49,710 nt of DNA from Actinomycetota bacterium (GCA_009886115.1 VFJJ01000130.1:1-49710), one strand, 5' to 3'. Positions 26,435 through 38,328 are shown, numbered from the stretch's first letter. The notes: a model not told the origin generated them from the letters alone. Made by a program: numbers and translations.

Positions 26435-27226
26435 TCACGTCGCACCCCGGCGCTTGGCCTGCCAGGGCATGGCCAGGCGTTCGAGCACGAGTGAGATGAG
26501 ATAGAACGTCAACCCCAGCGCGCAGGCAGCAACCACATAGGCCCACGCCCGGCCGTTGGCCGAGTTCGACACGGCCGACGTGATCCGGGAGCCGAGCCCG
26601 TTCTGCGCTCCCCCGAAATACTCGGCGACGACCGCGGCGATCACAGCCAACGACGCGGCGATCTTGAGTGACGTGAACAGGAACGGTAGTGCGTTGGGGA
26701 GCCGGAGCTTGCGCAGCACGTGGGAATCGCTCGACGCGTACGAGCGCATGAGCTCGACGTGGGTGGCGTCGACCTGGGTCAAACCCTTGAGGATGTTGAG
26801 AAACACCGGGAAGAACACGACGATCGTGACCACCAGCCGCCGCGGGACGGGGCTGGTCGACGAGAACATGTTGTTGAACATCGGGGCCAGAGCGATGATC
26901 GGCATGGTGTTGAGCGCCGCGGCCACGGGTAACGCCATGTCGCGAAACAGCCGGAACCGGCTGGCGACGAGCGCCCCGAGCACCCCTGCCGCCGTCCCGA
27001 ACACCAGGCCCACCAAGGCGTTCGTTCCCGAGACCTTCGTGGCCTCCCAGATCTTGTCGTCGAACGCCCAGAACTGATCCCAGATCAGCGAGGGGGCAGG
27101 GAGCAGGAAGGGCTGGATGTCTCGGGCCTTGACGAACGCCTCCCACAGCCCGATCAGCACTGCGGCAACGACGATCGGCGGCCCGATCTGGGCCATGCGG
27201 CTGCGCAGGCGCGCCTTGGCCATCAC
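26435..27226 (-). CDS. ABC permease (NitT/TauT type)
   Basis: LPAPS, PIIALAP, KLRLPNALP, AEYFGG. Confidence 0.93.
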   Translation of the reverse strand: MMAKARLRSRMAQIGPPIVVAAVLIGLWEAFVKARDIQPFLLPAPSLIWDQFWAFDDKIWEATKVSGTNALVGLVFGTAAGVLGALVASRFRLFRDMALPVAAALNTMPIIALAPMFNNMFSSTSPVPRRLVVTIVVFFPVFLNILKGLTQVDATHVELMRSYASSDSHVLRKLRLPNALPFLFTSLKIAASLAVIAAVVAEYFGGAQNGLGSRITSAVSNSANGRAWAYVVAACALGLTFYLISLVLERLAMPWQAKRRGAT

Positions 27227-28065
27227 CTGAGGTCGCCTCCGGCGTGGCGGAGCCGCTCGACCTCGGCGGGTCCGAGGTCGCCCCCGCCCTCCGTGCCCCG
27301 CAAGGCCTCACGCACCTCGGTGATCTTCTTGAAGAACTCGGCCGACTCACGGGTGTCGTCGTCGCGCCGGCCCAGCGGCACGTCGACCACACGCACGATG
27401 CGCCCCGGCCGCGGCGACATCACCACGACCCGGTTCGAGAGATACACGGCCTCGGGTATCGAGTGGGTGACGAACACGACCGTGGTGCCGGTCTCCGAGC
27501 AGATCCGCAGCAGCTCGGCTTGCATGTGCTCGCGCGTCATCTCGTCGAGCGCACCGAACGGCTCGTCCATGAGCAGCATCCGGGGACGGAACGAGAGGGC
27601 CCGGGCGATGGCGACCCGCTGTTGCATGCCGCCCGAGAGCTCCCAGGGATGGTGGTTCGCGAACTCGCCCAGCTTCACCAGCTCGAGCATCTCCGACGCC
27701 CGGGCCCGGCGCTCGGCCTTGCTCCACTTGCGGAGCTCCAACGGAAGCTCGATGTTCCTGGCGACGGTCCGCCACTCGAACAGCCCGGCCTGCTGGAAGG
27801 CCATCCCGTAGTCCTGGTCGAGCCGGGCCTGCCGGGCCGACTTCCCGTTGACGGCCAATTCGCCGCTCGTGGGCTCGATCAGGTTGGCGATCAGTCGCAA
27901 CAGGGTGCTCTTGCCGCACCCCGATGGCCCGATCAGCGAGACGAGCTCGCCCGGCTCGACCGTGAGGTCGACGTCGATCAGAGCATCGACCTGGTTCGCC
28001 TTGTCGGGGTTGAAGATCTTGCTGACCGCCACCGCTCGGACGGTCGCCGGCTCAGGCGTGTTCAT
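27223..28065 (-). CDS. ABC ATP-binding protein (NitT/TauT type)
   Basis: GPSGCGKST, LSGGMQQR, MDEPFGALD, VTH. Confidence 0.96.
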   Translation of the reverse strand: MNTPEPATVRAVAVSKIFNPDKANQVDALIDVDLTVEPGELVSLIGPSGCGKSTLLRLIANLIEPTSGELAVNGKSARQARLDQDYGMAFQQAGLFEWRTVARNIELPLELRKWSKAERRARASEMLELVKLGEFANHHPWELSGGMQQRVAIARALSFRPRMLLMDEPFGALDEMTREHMQAELLRICSETGTTVVFVTHSIPEAVYLSNRVVVMSPRPGRIVRVVDVPLGRRDDDTRESAEFFKKITEVREALRGTEGGGDLGPAEVERLRHAGGDLR

Positions 28066-28973
28066 CGCACGTCTCCCAGCGGACGGTTGCGCAGCACCCA
28101 GAGCTCTACCAGGTTGACCACCCCGGCCACGACCAGGCCCAACAAGGCGGCACCCAGCATCGCCGTGTACACCTTGGGCGGATCGCTCGAAGCCTGCTGC
28201 GAGTACTCGAGGATGAGCCGTCCGAGCCCGCCCCGGCGCCCCACCGAGATCTCGGCCACGATCGAGCCCACGATGGCCGAGGCAAAGGCCAGCCGCAGCG
28301 CCGGGATGAGGTAGGGGACCGCCGACGGGAACCGGACCTTGAACAGGGTCGCCCGTGCCGGGGCGGCATAGGAGCTCATCAGCTCGATCGTCGCCGGGCT
28401 CGGCGACTGGAGGCCCTTCAGGGCCCCCACGGCGATCGGGAAGAACGCCAGGTAGGACGCGATGAACGAGACCGACATCCACTGCTCCCACTCGTAACCG
28501 AGCACGTCGAAGCGCCCGCTCCAACCTGCGACCAACGGCGCCAAGGCGGCGAAGGGGACGGTCTGCGAGAGGATCACGTAGGGCAGCAGGCCCCGCTCGG
28601 CCACCCGGAACCGTTGCATGAGCACGGCCAGGCCCAACCCGACCGCGATGCCCACGGCCAAGCCCAACCCGGCGAGCTGGAGCGTGTACCACGCGCCCTT
28701 GAGCACCGAGACCCCGACCGACTCGGTGGTTCCCCGATTCGTGGGCTCGGAGAAGCGGGCGACGACATCGGTGAGGTGGGGCATCGACAGGTCGTCGTAG
28801 CGCGCCGGCAGGTCCCAGCCCAGGACGGTCCCGTCGGTCGCTTCGCCCAGGACCTTGTACCCCTCCCACATGCCGCACAGCGCCGCGACGGCCGCGACGG
28901 CCAGCACCCACCGCCGGAGACGCTGGCCGAGGCGCCCAGCGGAACCTCCGGCATCATCATCGGCTCGGCCCAC
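28062..28973 (-). CDS. ABC permease (NitT/TauT type)
   Basis: SQTVPFAALAP, KVRFPSAVP, GGLGRLI. Confidence 0.92.
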   Translation of the reverse strand: MGRADDDAGGSAGRLGQRLRRWVLAVAAVAALCGMWEGYKVLGEATDGTVLGWDLPARYDDLSMPHLTDVVARFSEPTNRGTTESVGVSVLKGAWYTLQLAGLGLAVGIAVGLGLAVLMQRFRVAERGLLPYVILSQTVPFAALAPLVAGWSGRFDVLGYEWEQWMSVSFIASYLAFFPIAVGALKGLQSPSPATIELMSSYAAPARATLFKVRFPSAVPYLIPALRLAFASAIVGSIVAEISVGRRGGLGRLILEYSQQASSDPPKVYTAMLGAALLGLVVAGVVNLVELWVLRNRPLGDVR

Positions 28974-29995
28974 TACGACCGGGCCCTGACCCTGTCGACG
29001 ATGACGGGCATGATCTTCTCGCCATAGGCGTCGAGCGTGGTTTCCTTGCCATCGTGCTGGAGGTAGATGGCGAACTGGTCGACGCCCAGCACCCGAAGCT
29101 CCTCGAGCCGCTCGACGTGGCGCTCGACCGGACCCAGGAGGCAGAACCGATCGACGATCTCGTCGGGCACGAAGCTGGTGTGGATGTTACCCACCTGCCC
29201 ATGCTCGTTGTAGTCGTATCCCTGGCGGCCCTTGATGTATTCGGTGAGCGCAGCTGGTATCTGTTCGTTTCCCGCGTCGCCGTAGCGCTCCACGATGTCG
29301 GCCACGTGGTTCCCGACCATCCCGCCGAACCATCGGCACTGGTCGCGCATGTACGGCAGGTCGTCGCCCACGTACGCCGGTGCAGCCACGCAGATCTTCA
29401 CCGTGTCGGGGTCGCGGCCGGCCGCCGCTGCCGCGTCTCTCACCGCCTTGATGGTCCAGGCGACGATCGACGGATCGGCGAGCTGGAGGATGAACCCGTC
29501 GGCCACCTCGCCCGTCAGCTGCAGGGCCTTCGGTCCGTAGGCCGCGATCCACACGTCGAGGCGGCTCCGCGAGCCCCACGGGAAACGCAGACCCGTGCCC
29601 TTGTAGTCGACCTCGCGGCCGTTGGCGAGCTCGCGAATGACGTGCACCGACTCCCGCAGCGTGGCCAGCGTGGTGGGGCTGCCATTGGTGACCCGCACGG
29701 CGGAGTCGCCCCGGCCGATCCCGCAGATCGTCCGGTTCCCGTACATGTCGTTGAGCGTGGCGAACAACGATGCCGTCACGGTCCAGTCGCGGGTTGCCGG
29801 GTTGGTGACCATGGGGCCCACGATGACCTTGCGGGTCTCGGCCAGGATCTGGCTGTAGATGACGAAGGGCTCCTGCCACAGGATGTGCGAGTCGAACGTC
29901 CAGACATGGCTGAACCCGTGGTTCTCGGCCTGGCGCGCCAGATCGACGACCCGCGAGGCCGGAGGATTCGTCTGCAGCACCACACCGAAGTCCAT
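28973..29995 (-). CDS. LLM-class, probably F420-dependent oxidoreductase (TIGR03842-like)
   Basis: MDFGVVLQT, WTFDSHILWQEP, GPMVTNP, GIGRGDSA, AAYGPKAL. Confidence 0.88.
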   Translation of the reverse strand: MDFGVVLQTNPPASRVVDLARQAENHGFSHVWTFDSHILWQEPFVIYSQILAETRKVIVGPMVTNPATRDWTVTASLFATLNDMYGNRTICGIGRGDSAVRVTNGSPTTLATLRESVHVIRELANGREVDYKGTGLRFPWGSRSRLDVWIAAYGPKALQLTGEVADGFILQLADPSIVAWTIKAVRDAAAAAGRDPDTVKICVAAPAYVGDDLPYMRDQCRWFGGMVGNHVADIVERYGDAGNEQIPAALTEYIKGRQGYDYNEHGQVGNIHTSFVPDEIVDRFCLLGPVERHVERLEELRVLGVDQFAIYLQHDGKETTLDAYGEKIMPVIVDRVRARS

Positions 29996-30008
29996 GAGCG
30001 GTCGCTCC

Positions 30009-31505
<1,497 letters not shown>

Positions 31506-31576
31506 GGCGCCTCCCGATCCTCGTGCCGCGTCCGCCGCTCCGGCCGCTCCGGCCGTCGCGCTGCCCAGCTCGTCGC

Positions 31577-32980
31577 TCACAGCAGGTATTGACAGCGCTC
31601 GCGGCGCAGATAGCTGCCGTGGCCCTTGGCACCCACATAGGCGCCGTCGTCGATGACGACCCGACCCCGCGACATGACCATGTCCGAGCGTCCCTGGATC
31701 TCCCAGCCCTCATAACACGAGTAATCGGTGTTCATGTGGTGCGTGTCTGCTGACAGGGTCTGGCGGGCCGTCGGGTCGTAGATCACGATGTCGGCGTCGG
31801 ATCCGGGAGCGATGGTTCCCTTCTTGCCATAGAGCCCGAACATCCGCGCCGGGGTGGCCGCAGCGATCTCGATCCACCGGCGCAAGCCGATCTTGCCGTC
31901 GACGACGCCCTGGTGCAGAAGGTCCATACGGTGCTCGACACCGGGCAGCCCGTTGGGGATCTTCGAGAAGTCGCCCTGCCCCAGCTCCTTCTGCCCCTTG
32001 AAGCAGAACGGGCAGTGATCGGTGGCCACCACTTGCAGGTCGTTGGTGCGCAGACCCCGCCACATGTGAGGGAGGTGCTCCTCGGGCCGGAGGGGCGGCG
32101 AGCACACGAACTTGGCGCCCTCGAATCCCGGTCGGGCCATGCCTTCGTCGGTGAGGTACAGGTACTGCGGACAGGTCTCGGCGAAGGCGTTCTGTCCGGT
32201 GTCGCGTGCCGCGGTCACCGCCGCCAGGGCCTCGGCCGCCGACAGGTGCACGATGTAGATGGGCGTTCCCGCAGCCTTGGCGAGCTGGATGGCCCGATGC
32301 GTCGCCTCGCCCTCGAGCGTCGACGGTCGGGTGAGACCGTGGTACTTCGGATCGGTGTTACCTCGCGCCAGCGCCTGGACCACCAGCTGGTCGATGACGC
32401 TGCCGTTCTCGGCGTGCATCATCACGAGACCGCCGTTGTTCCCCGTCTGTTGCAGGGCCCGGAAGATCTCGCCGTCGGTGCTGTAGAACACGCCGGGATA
32501 GGCCATGAAGAGCTTGAACGAGGTGATGCCCTCGTCGACGAGCTGGTCCATCTCCTTCAGGGTGCCGTCGTTGACGTCGCCCACGATCATGTGGAAGCCG
32601 TAGTCGATCGCGCACTCACCCTCGGCCCTGGCGAACCAGGTGTCGAGACCGTGGCGCAGCGTCTGGCCCTTGGTCTGCACGGCGAAGTCGATGATCGTGG
32701 TCGTACCGCCCCAGGCCGCGGCCCGAGTTCCGGTCTCGAAGGTGTCGGACGCGTTCGTTCCTCCGAAGGGCAGCTCCATGTGCGTGTGCACGTCGATGCC
32801 GCCAGGGATCACGTACCTCCCCGATGCGTCGATGACCCGGTCGGCACCCGAGAGCCAGGTCTCGCGCATCCCCGACGCCGGCGAGCCCAGCGCCACCACG
32901 GTTTCGCCGTCGATCAGGACGTCGGCCTCCACCACGTCGGCCGCCGTCACCACCGTCCCGTTGATGATGACCGTCGTCAC
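31577..32980 (-). CDS. hydA: Dihydropyrimidinase/hydantoinase
   Basis: PGGIDVHTH, GGTTT, SFKLFMAYPG, MHAENG, TDHCPF, IPNGLPG. Confidence 0.95.
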   Translation of the reverse strand: MTTVIINGTVVTAADVVEADVLIDGETVVALGSPASGMRETWLSGADRVIDASGRYVIPGGIDVHTHMELPFGGTNASDTFETGTRAAAWGGTTTIIDFAVQTKGQTLRHGLDTWFARAEGECAIDYGFHMIVGDVNDGTLKEMDQLVDEGITSFKLFMAYPGVFYSTDGEIFRALQQTGNNGGLVMMHAENGSVIDQLVVQALARGNTDPKYHGLTRPSTLEGEATHRAIQLAKAAGTPIYIVHLSAAEALAAVTAARDTGQNAFAETCPQYLYLTDEGMARPGFEGAKFVCSPPLRPEEHLPHMWRGLRTNDLQVVATDHCPFCFKGQKELGQGDFSKIPNGLPGVEHRMDLLHQGVVDGKIGLRRWIEIAAATPARMFGLYGKKGTIAPGSDADIVIYDPTARQTLSADTHHMNTDYSCYEGWEIQGRSDMVMSRGRVVIDDGAYVGAKGHGSYLRRERCQYLL

Positions 32981-33071
32981 GATGATCCTTCTTCCATTTC
33001 GGCGTACCGGAGCTCGAAGATGCTGAGCCGGGCTCGGTCGGGGTTCAGCCGGGGTCGCTAGGCCGGGGTCG

Positions 33072-33914
33072 CTAGGCCTGGGCCAGCGGGCCGTACATGT
33101 CGGGGCGTCGGTCGCGGTAGAAGGCCCACTGCGATCGCACCTCGTCGATGCGGTCGAAGTCGAGATCGCGCACGACGAGCTCCTCATCGTGGTCGGAAGC
33201 CACATCGCCGACGAACTGACCCCTGGGGTCGACGAAGTACGACGTTCCGTAGAAGTCGTTGTCGCCGAGGTCCTCGACGCCCACCCGGTTGATCGCTCCC
33301 ACGTAGTACATGTTGGCGACCGCGGACGCCGGCTGCTCGAGCTTCCACAGATACGACGACAGGCCCCGCGAGGTTGCCGACGGATTGAACACGAGTTGGG
33401 CTCCCGCCAGGCCGAGTGCCCTCCAGCCCTCGGGGAAGTGGCGGTCGTAACAGATGTACACGCCAACCCGACCGACCGCAGTGTCGAAGATCGGATATCC
33501 CAGGTTTCCCGGCCGGAAGTAGAACTTCTCCCAGAATCCCTTCACCTGGGGGATGTGGGTCTTGCGGTACTTGCCGAGATAGGTGCCGTCGGCGTCGATC
33601 ACAGCCGCCGTGTTGTAGAGCACGCCGCTCTGCTCCTGCTCGTACATCGGCAGGACCAGCACCATGCCGAGGTCGCGGGCCACGTCGCACATCAGCTGCG
33701 TGGTCGGACCATCGGGAATGGGCTCCGCATAATCATAGTAGACACTATCTTGCACCTGACAGAAGTACGGGCCATAGAACAGCTCCTGGAAGCACATGAC
33801 CTGGGCTCCCTGAGACGCCGCTTGGCGCGCGTACTCGAGGTTGCGCTCGATCATCGACGTCTTGTCGCCCGTCCACCTGGTCTGAACGATGGCCGCTCGA
33901 ACGATGTTCGCCAT
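33072..33914 (-). CDS. Nitrilase-family C-N hydrolase (beta-ureidopropionase-like)
   Basis: FQELF, KYRKTHIP, WEKFYFRPG, ICYDRHFPE (E-K-C triad). Confidence 0.92.
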   Translation of the reverse strand: MANIVRAAIVQTRWTGDKTSMIERNLEYARQAASQGAQVMCFQELFYGPYFCQVQDSVYYDYAEPIPDGPTTQLMCDVARDLGMVLVLPMYEQEQSGVLYNTAAVIDADGTYLGKYRKTHIPQVKGFWEKFYFRPGNLGYPIFDTAVGRVGVYICYDRHFPEGWRALGLAGAQLVFNPSATSRGLSSYLWKLEQPASAVANMYYVGAINRVGVEDLGDNDFYGTSYFVDPRGQFVGDVASDHDEELVVRDLDFDRIDEVRSQWAFYRDRRPDMYGPLAQA

Positions 33915-34003
33915 GTGAACCCCCTGAAGGCTCGCTACCAACCGAGCAGCATCCTGGCCCAGTCGCGGGCTCTGGCCACGGAACGTACTGTACGGGCATG
34001 CTC

Positions 34004-34030
34004 GCGAACAAGGATATGAATGTTCGCCAT
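34004..34030. promoter_or_regulatory. Candidate MocR operator
   Basis: Inverted repeat GCGAACA-N10-TGTTCGC in the divergent promoter; ATGTTCGCCAT also occurs at 33904-33914. Confidence 0.45.
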
Positions 34031-34057
34031 ACAAACACCGGTAGGGACCCGCAACCG

Positions 34058-35440
34058 ATGACGCAGCCCACCTCCGCCCTCGAGGTCATCACCGGATCGG
34101 TGCGACAGCGCACGGCCCGGGGGATGGCCGACGCCGTCAGCGCGCTCGTGGCCGACGGGCTGCTCGAAGCGGGGTCGGCGCTGCCCACGGTGCGAGCGCT
34201 GGCCCTGGCCGTGGGCGTCAACCCGGCGACGGTGGCCCAGGCGTGGCAACTGCTCCTGCGCGCCCGAGTGATCGAGACCCAGGGCCGGCGGGGCTCCTTC
34301 GTCGCCGACGTGTCCGAGCACCAGGTGATCTCGCGTTTCTGGCAACTGGCGGGACGGGCAGGCTCTCACGCGCTCGACCTCAGCACCGGGATGCCCGACT
34401 CGACCCTGCTCCCCAAGCTCGGGCCGGCGTTGCGTCGCGTCGGTGCCCAGCACCAGGTCTCGAGCTACCTCGACCGGCCGGTCCTCCCCGAGCTCGAAGA
34501 CCACCTCCGCTCGTCGTGGGCGGCCCTGTTCGAGCCCGAGGCGATCACGATCGTCAACGGAGCGCTCGACGCCGTCGACCGGGTCACGAACGTGCTCATC
34601 CGGCCAGGCGATCACGTGCTCGTCGAGAACCCGACGTTCCCGCCACTGCTCGATCTCTTCCAGCTCGCCGGGGCCCGAGTGGTGGGCCTCCCGCTCGATG
34701 CCGACGGCCTGAAGCCCGAGGCACTCGAACGGGCGCTACGCGTGCGTCCGGCGGCGATCTTCCTCCAGCCCCGGGCTCAGAATCCCACGGGGATCATCAC
34801 GACCCCGACCCGCATCGCAGCGCTGGCCGCCGTGCTCGAAGGCTCGCCCCGGACGATGGTCGTCGAGGACGACCACCAGGGCGACATCGCTTCGTCACCG
34901 GCGGTGAGCCTGGGCACGTACCTGCCCGAGAGAACCGTCCGCATCCAGAGCTTCTCGAAGTCCCACGGTCCCGACCTCCGGCTGGCGGCCGTCGGCGGAC
35001 CGGCGACGGTCATCGATCCGCTCACCGAGCGCATGCGGCTGGGCCCGTCGTGGTCGAGTCGCCTGCTCCAGCACGTGCTCGTGGACATGCTCACCCACGA
35101 CAGCACCCGCAGGGCGGTTCGTCGGGCCCGAACCGAGTACGCCGACCGGCGGACCGCACTGGTCAGGGCGCTGAGCGCTCGATCGGTGGCCACCACCGGA
35201 ACCGACGGGATCAACCTCTGGGTCACCGTCGCCCGCGAAGCCGACGCTCTCCTGCTCCTCGCGTCACACGGGATCGGGGTCGCGGCGGGCTCGCCGTTCT
35301 TCGTGGCCAAGGACGACACCCGCCACATCCGGGTCACCTGCGGCCTGGTGGCATGCGATCACGAGGCCCTCGCCGACCGCATCGCCGAAGCGGCCTCGAC
35401 CCCCGGGCGCCCCGGCCGCAGCCCACGCGCCGTCCGCTGA
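34058..35440 (+). CDS. GntR/MocR-family PLP-dependent regulator
   Basis: wHTH LPTVRALALAVGVNPATVAQAW, QNPTG, EDD, SFSK. Confidence 0.93.
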   Translation: MTQPTSALEVITGSVRQRTARGMADAVSALVADGLLEAGSALPTVRALALAVGVNPATVAQAWQLLLRARVIETQGRRGSFVADVSEHQVISRFWQLAGRAGSHALDLSTGMPDSTLLPKLGPALRRVGAQHQVSSYLDRPVLPELEDHLRSSWAALFEPEAITIVNGALDAVDRVTNVLIRPGDHVLVENPTFPPLLDLFQLAGARVVGLPLDADGLKPEALERALRVRPAAIFLQPRAQNPTGIITTPTRIAALAAVLEGSPRTMVVEDDHQGDIASSPAVSLGTYLPERTVRIQSFSKSHGPDLRLAAVGGPATVIDPLTERMRLGPSWSSRLLQHVLVDMLTHDSTRRAVRRARTEYADRRTALVRALSARSVATTGTDGINLWVTVAREADALLLLASHGIGVAAGSPFFVAKDDTRHIRVTCGLVACDHEALADRIAEAASTPGRPGRSPRAVR

Positions 35441-35461
35441 ACGGTGCGATTGCCGCCCTGC

Positions 35462-35508
35462 TTCTTTGTGTCCAGAACCGCTCACGGAGTGGTTCTGGAC
35501 ACAAAGAA
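35462..35508. terminator. 22-bp inverted repeat between convergent genes
   Basis: TTCTTTGTGTCCAGAACCGCTC-ACG-GAGTGGTTCTGGACACAAAGAA with one G-U pair. Confidence 0.75.
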
Positions 35509-35530
35509 CGGTGGGGAGACGGTGGGGTGG

Positions 35531-36319
35531 CTAGGTCAGCCCCATCATCGCGGCGACCCCGTAGCCGTGCCCTGCCGTGTAGCCCCCGTCGACCGGGAGG
35601 GCCACACCGGTCACGAACGAGGCGTCGTCGGAGGCGAGGAACAGCGCCGCGCCGGCGATCTCATCGGCCCGGCCGAAACGTCCGAGCTTGTGCTGACGGC
35701 GGGTCGCTTCCCGCACCTCGGCCGTGGCGTCGGAGCCGTACACCGAACGGAACATGGGCGTGTCGATGAATCCCGGGCAGATGGTGTTGGCGCGGATCCC
35801 GAGCAGGCCGTAGTCGCAGGCGATGTTCTTGGTGAGCAGCACCACGCCCCCCTTCGAGGCGTTGTAGGTACTGCCACCCTCGCAGCCTTCGAGTCCCTCG
35901 ACCGAGGCGATCGTGACGATGCTCCCTGAGCGCTGCGCGATCATCGCGGGCAGGACCGCCTTGGCCGACAGGAACGTCCCGGTCAAGTTGATGTCCTGCA
36001 CCCGTTGCCACTCGGCGAGCGACAGCGAGTGGATGGGTCCCCCGCCGGCGACGCCCGCCGCGGTCACGAGCACGTCGATGCGGCCGTGCGTGGCCCGAAC
36101 CGCTTCCCCCGCCTCCAGCTGAGCGTCCTCGTCACGCACGTCGAACGTGGAGAAACCCGAGGCCGGGGCGAGATCGGCGATCTCCTTCCACGCCTCAGGC
36201 TCGATGAGATCGGCCCCGATCACGACCGCTCCCTCGGCCGCGAAGCGCGTACAGCACGCCAAGCCGATCCCCGACGCCGCCCCCGTCACGTAGGCGACCT
36301 TCCCCGTCATGCGTCCCAT
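35531..36319 (-). CDS. Short-chain dehydrogenase/reductase
   Basis: TGAASGIG, YNASK, PGFIDT, VDGG. Confidence 0.95.
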   Translation of the reverse strand: MGRMTGKVAYVTGAASGIGLACCTRFAAEGAVVIGADLIEPEAWKEIADLAPASGFSTFDVRDEDAQLEAGEAVRATHGRIDVLVTAAGVAGGGPIHSLSLAEWQRVQDINLTGTFLSAKAVLPAMIAQRSGSIVTIASVEGLEGCEGGSTYNASKGGVVLLTKNIACDYGLLGIRANTICPGFIDTPMFRSVYGSDATAEVREATRRQHKLGRFGRADEIAGAALFLASDDASFVTGVALPVDGGYTAGHGYGVAAMMGLT

Positions 36320-36407
36320 TGCTCTCTCCACGGCTCGGCCTGGGCCCTCGTCGGGCAGTGGCGTCAGCTTCCCGCACAGGCCACGCGCACGCACGCCGCC
36401 GGGGCGA

Positions 36408-36716
36408 TCAGAGATCGGGCGAGGGTGGACGAACGGGCGGCGCCGGACGCTCCGCCACGGGTGTCCCGGCCGAGCCCGGGGCACCACCAGCCGGCTTCTT
36501 GCGCCGCAGGAGGTCCTGAGCGGCCGTGGCCGTGGAAGCCACCGCGGCGACGTTCTCGCTCATCACCTGGCGATAGATCTCTTCGCGGTGCACCGTGACC
36601 GAGCGGGGGGCGTCGATCCCCAAGCGGATCTGCTCGCCCCGAACCTCGAGCACCGTGACGACGATGTTGTTACCGATCACGACGGACTCACCGGGTCGGC
36701 GGGTCAACACGAGCAT
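36408..36716 (-). CDS. csrA: Translational regulator CsrA (with C-terminal extension)
   Basis: [30 protein letters not shown]; strong RBS. Confidence 0.97.
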   Translation of the reverse strand: MLVLTRRPGESVVIGNNIVVTVLEVRGEQIRLGIDAPRSVTVHREEIYRQVMSENVAAVASTATAAQDLLRRKKPAGGAPGSAGTPVAERPAPPVRPPSPDL

Positions 36717-36822
36717 GCGTCGGCCCTCCTCCTCGATTCCCACGTGGTGGGCTTCCGTCCCTGGATGTTCCCGTCCACGACAGCCTCCCAGCCCGTCGGT
36801 CCGAATCTGTCGCGAACGACGG

Positions 36823-37416
36823 CTACGCCGCTGACAGTTTCACCATGGCTCGAACGGGATAGTCCGAGTCGGCCAGCACCACCTGCCGGCCCTCCAGCGT
36901 ACGGAGGTTCACCACGAAGGGTCCGAGCAGGTTCACGAACACCATGTCGGGTTCAGCGGAAAGGGTCACGGGACAGAACACGATCGCGTCCTCGGGCGAC
37001 TCGAGGCCGATCTGCTTGCGCTCGAGATCACTGATCTCGGGGGAGTAATCGGGGAAGAACAACCACGGCACGCTCACGATCAGCGCCACCGCCGGATCGT
37101 CGAGGCTCTGGAGGAGCTGGAACACGGCGTCGTCGCTGTCGTTGATCAGCACGAAACGGGTGCTCCCGGGAAAGCCCAGGATGCCATCGGGGAACTCGAT
37201 GACCTTCTCGTCGTGTTCGTCGGCGCTGTGCTCGGCAGGTGCGACCACGGTCCTCCCCTTCGTGGCCGAATCGTACCGGTGCGCGGTAGGAGTGCCGGAG
37301 GATGGTGAGCTGCCAGCATCGGAGGGCCTCCCGGCGTCCGGAGATGCCTTCTCGGGCCGTTCGACGACGGCCGCGCTGTCGGTACCCATCTCCAGCATCC
37401 TCATTTCCCGACTCAC
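36823..37416 (-). CDS. fliW: Flagellar assembly factor FliW
   Basis: [37 protein letters not shown]; start uncertain. Confidence 0.95.
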   Translation of the reverse strand: MSREMRMLEMGTDSAAVVERPEKASPDAGRPSDAGSSPSSGTPTAHRYDSATKGRTVVAPAEHSADEHDEKVIEFPDGILGFPGSTRFVLINDSDDAVFQLLQSLDDPAVALIVSVPWLFFPDYSPEISDLERKQIGLESPEDAIVFCPVTLSAEPDMVFVNLLGPFVVNLRTLEGRQVVLADSDYPVRAMVKLSAA

Positions 37417-38306
37417 CGCAAGAAGTCGACGAGCGACGGTTGAATGGCCTTGGCGACCGCCCCGAGGGTGGCCTTGTAGGCGATCTCCTCGGTCTGGAGC
37501 TCCAGCACGGCCTTGGCGAAGTCGGTGTCCTCGGTCTCCGACAGGTAGGCCTTGATCGACAGGCTCTCCTCCCGGTTGCGCTCGATGGCCGTCTCGATGG
37601 TGGCCTGCCGGGCGCCGTAGATCCCGAGCGAGGTCTGGACCGTCCCGAAGGTGGCGTCGAGCTGGGCGAGGCCGCTGGCCATTCCCGCATCGTTGCCGGA
37701 TCCGACCGCGGTGACGACCTGGTCGAACACGCTGAACACGTCGTTGCCGGCACCCAGCGAGAAGCCGAAGACCTGATCGGCCGTCTGGTTGACCGTCACG
37801 ACCTCGGAGTCGCTGATGCGCCGCTGCACCTGGCCACCATCGCCGGTGTAGGTCCAGGTTGCTCCGACCCTGGTGATGGCGTCACCACCCGAGAAGCCCG
37901 CGAACAGGCCTCTCCCGAGATGACGGCTGTTGGCCGTCGAGACCAGCTCACCCTGGATGGCACGGAGCTCGTCGGCGATCGCCTGGCGATCCTGGGGTCC
38001 GCTGGCGCCCGAGCGGGCCTGGATGACGAGGTCGCGCGCCCGGCGCATGCGCTCGAGTGAGTTCTGGAGCTTGGAATCGCCGAGCTGGGTCCACGTCTGG
38101 CCGTCCTCGCCGTTGCGGGCCTCCTGGTCGCGCAGCCGCTGATCGGCGCGCAACATGAGCGCCCGGTTCATCCCGCCCGCATCGTCGGACGGCTTCTGCA
38201 GGATCTTTCCCGACGCCAACTGCCCCTGGACCGTGTTGAACCGCTCCAGTCGGCTGGTGAGCCGACGGAGGGAGCTGTCCATGAGGGTCTCGCTCGAGAT
38301 GCGCAT
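37413..38306 (-). CDS. flgL: Hook-filament junction protein FlgL
   Basis: [33 protein letters not shown]. Confidence 0.95.
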   Translation of the reverse strand: MRISSETLMDSSLRRLTSRLERFNTVQGQLASGKILQKPSDDAGGMNRALMLRADQRLRDQEARNGEDGQTWTQLGDSKLQNSLERMRRARDLVIQARSGASGPQDRQAIADELRAIQGELVSTANSRHLGRGLFAGFSGGDAITRVGATWTYTGDGGQVQRRISDSEVVTVNQTADQVFGFSLGAGNDVFSVFDQVVTAVGSGNDAGMASGLAQLDATFGTVQTSLGIYGARQATIETAIERNREESLSIKAYLSETEDTDFAKAVLELQTEEIAYKATLGAVAKAIQPSLVDFLR

Positions 38307-38328
38307 CGCCGACTCTCCTGTCCCGGGC

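Noticed and set aside
31577..33466. Long N-terminal extensions in the ORF track (hydA 629 aa, ABC ATPase 562 aa, flgC 272 aa, LLM 424 aa)
   Set aside because: They overlap upstream genes; homology and RBS place the starts at 32980, 28065, 2110 and 29995
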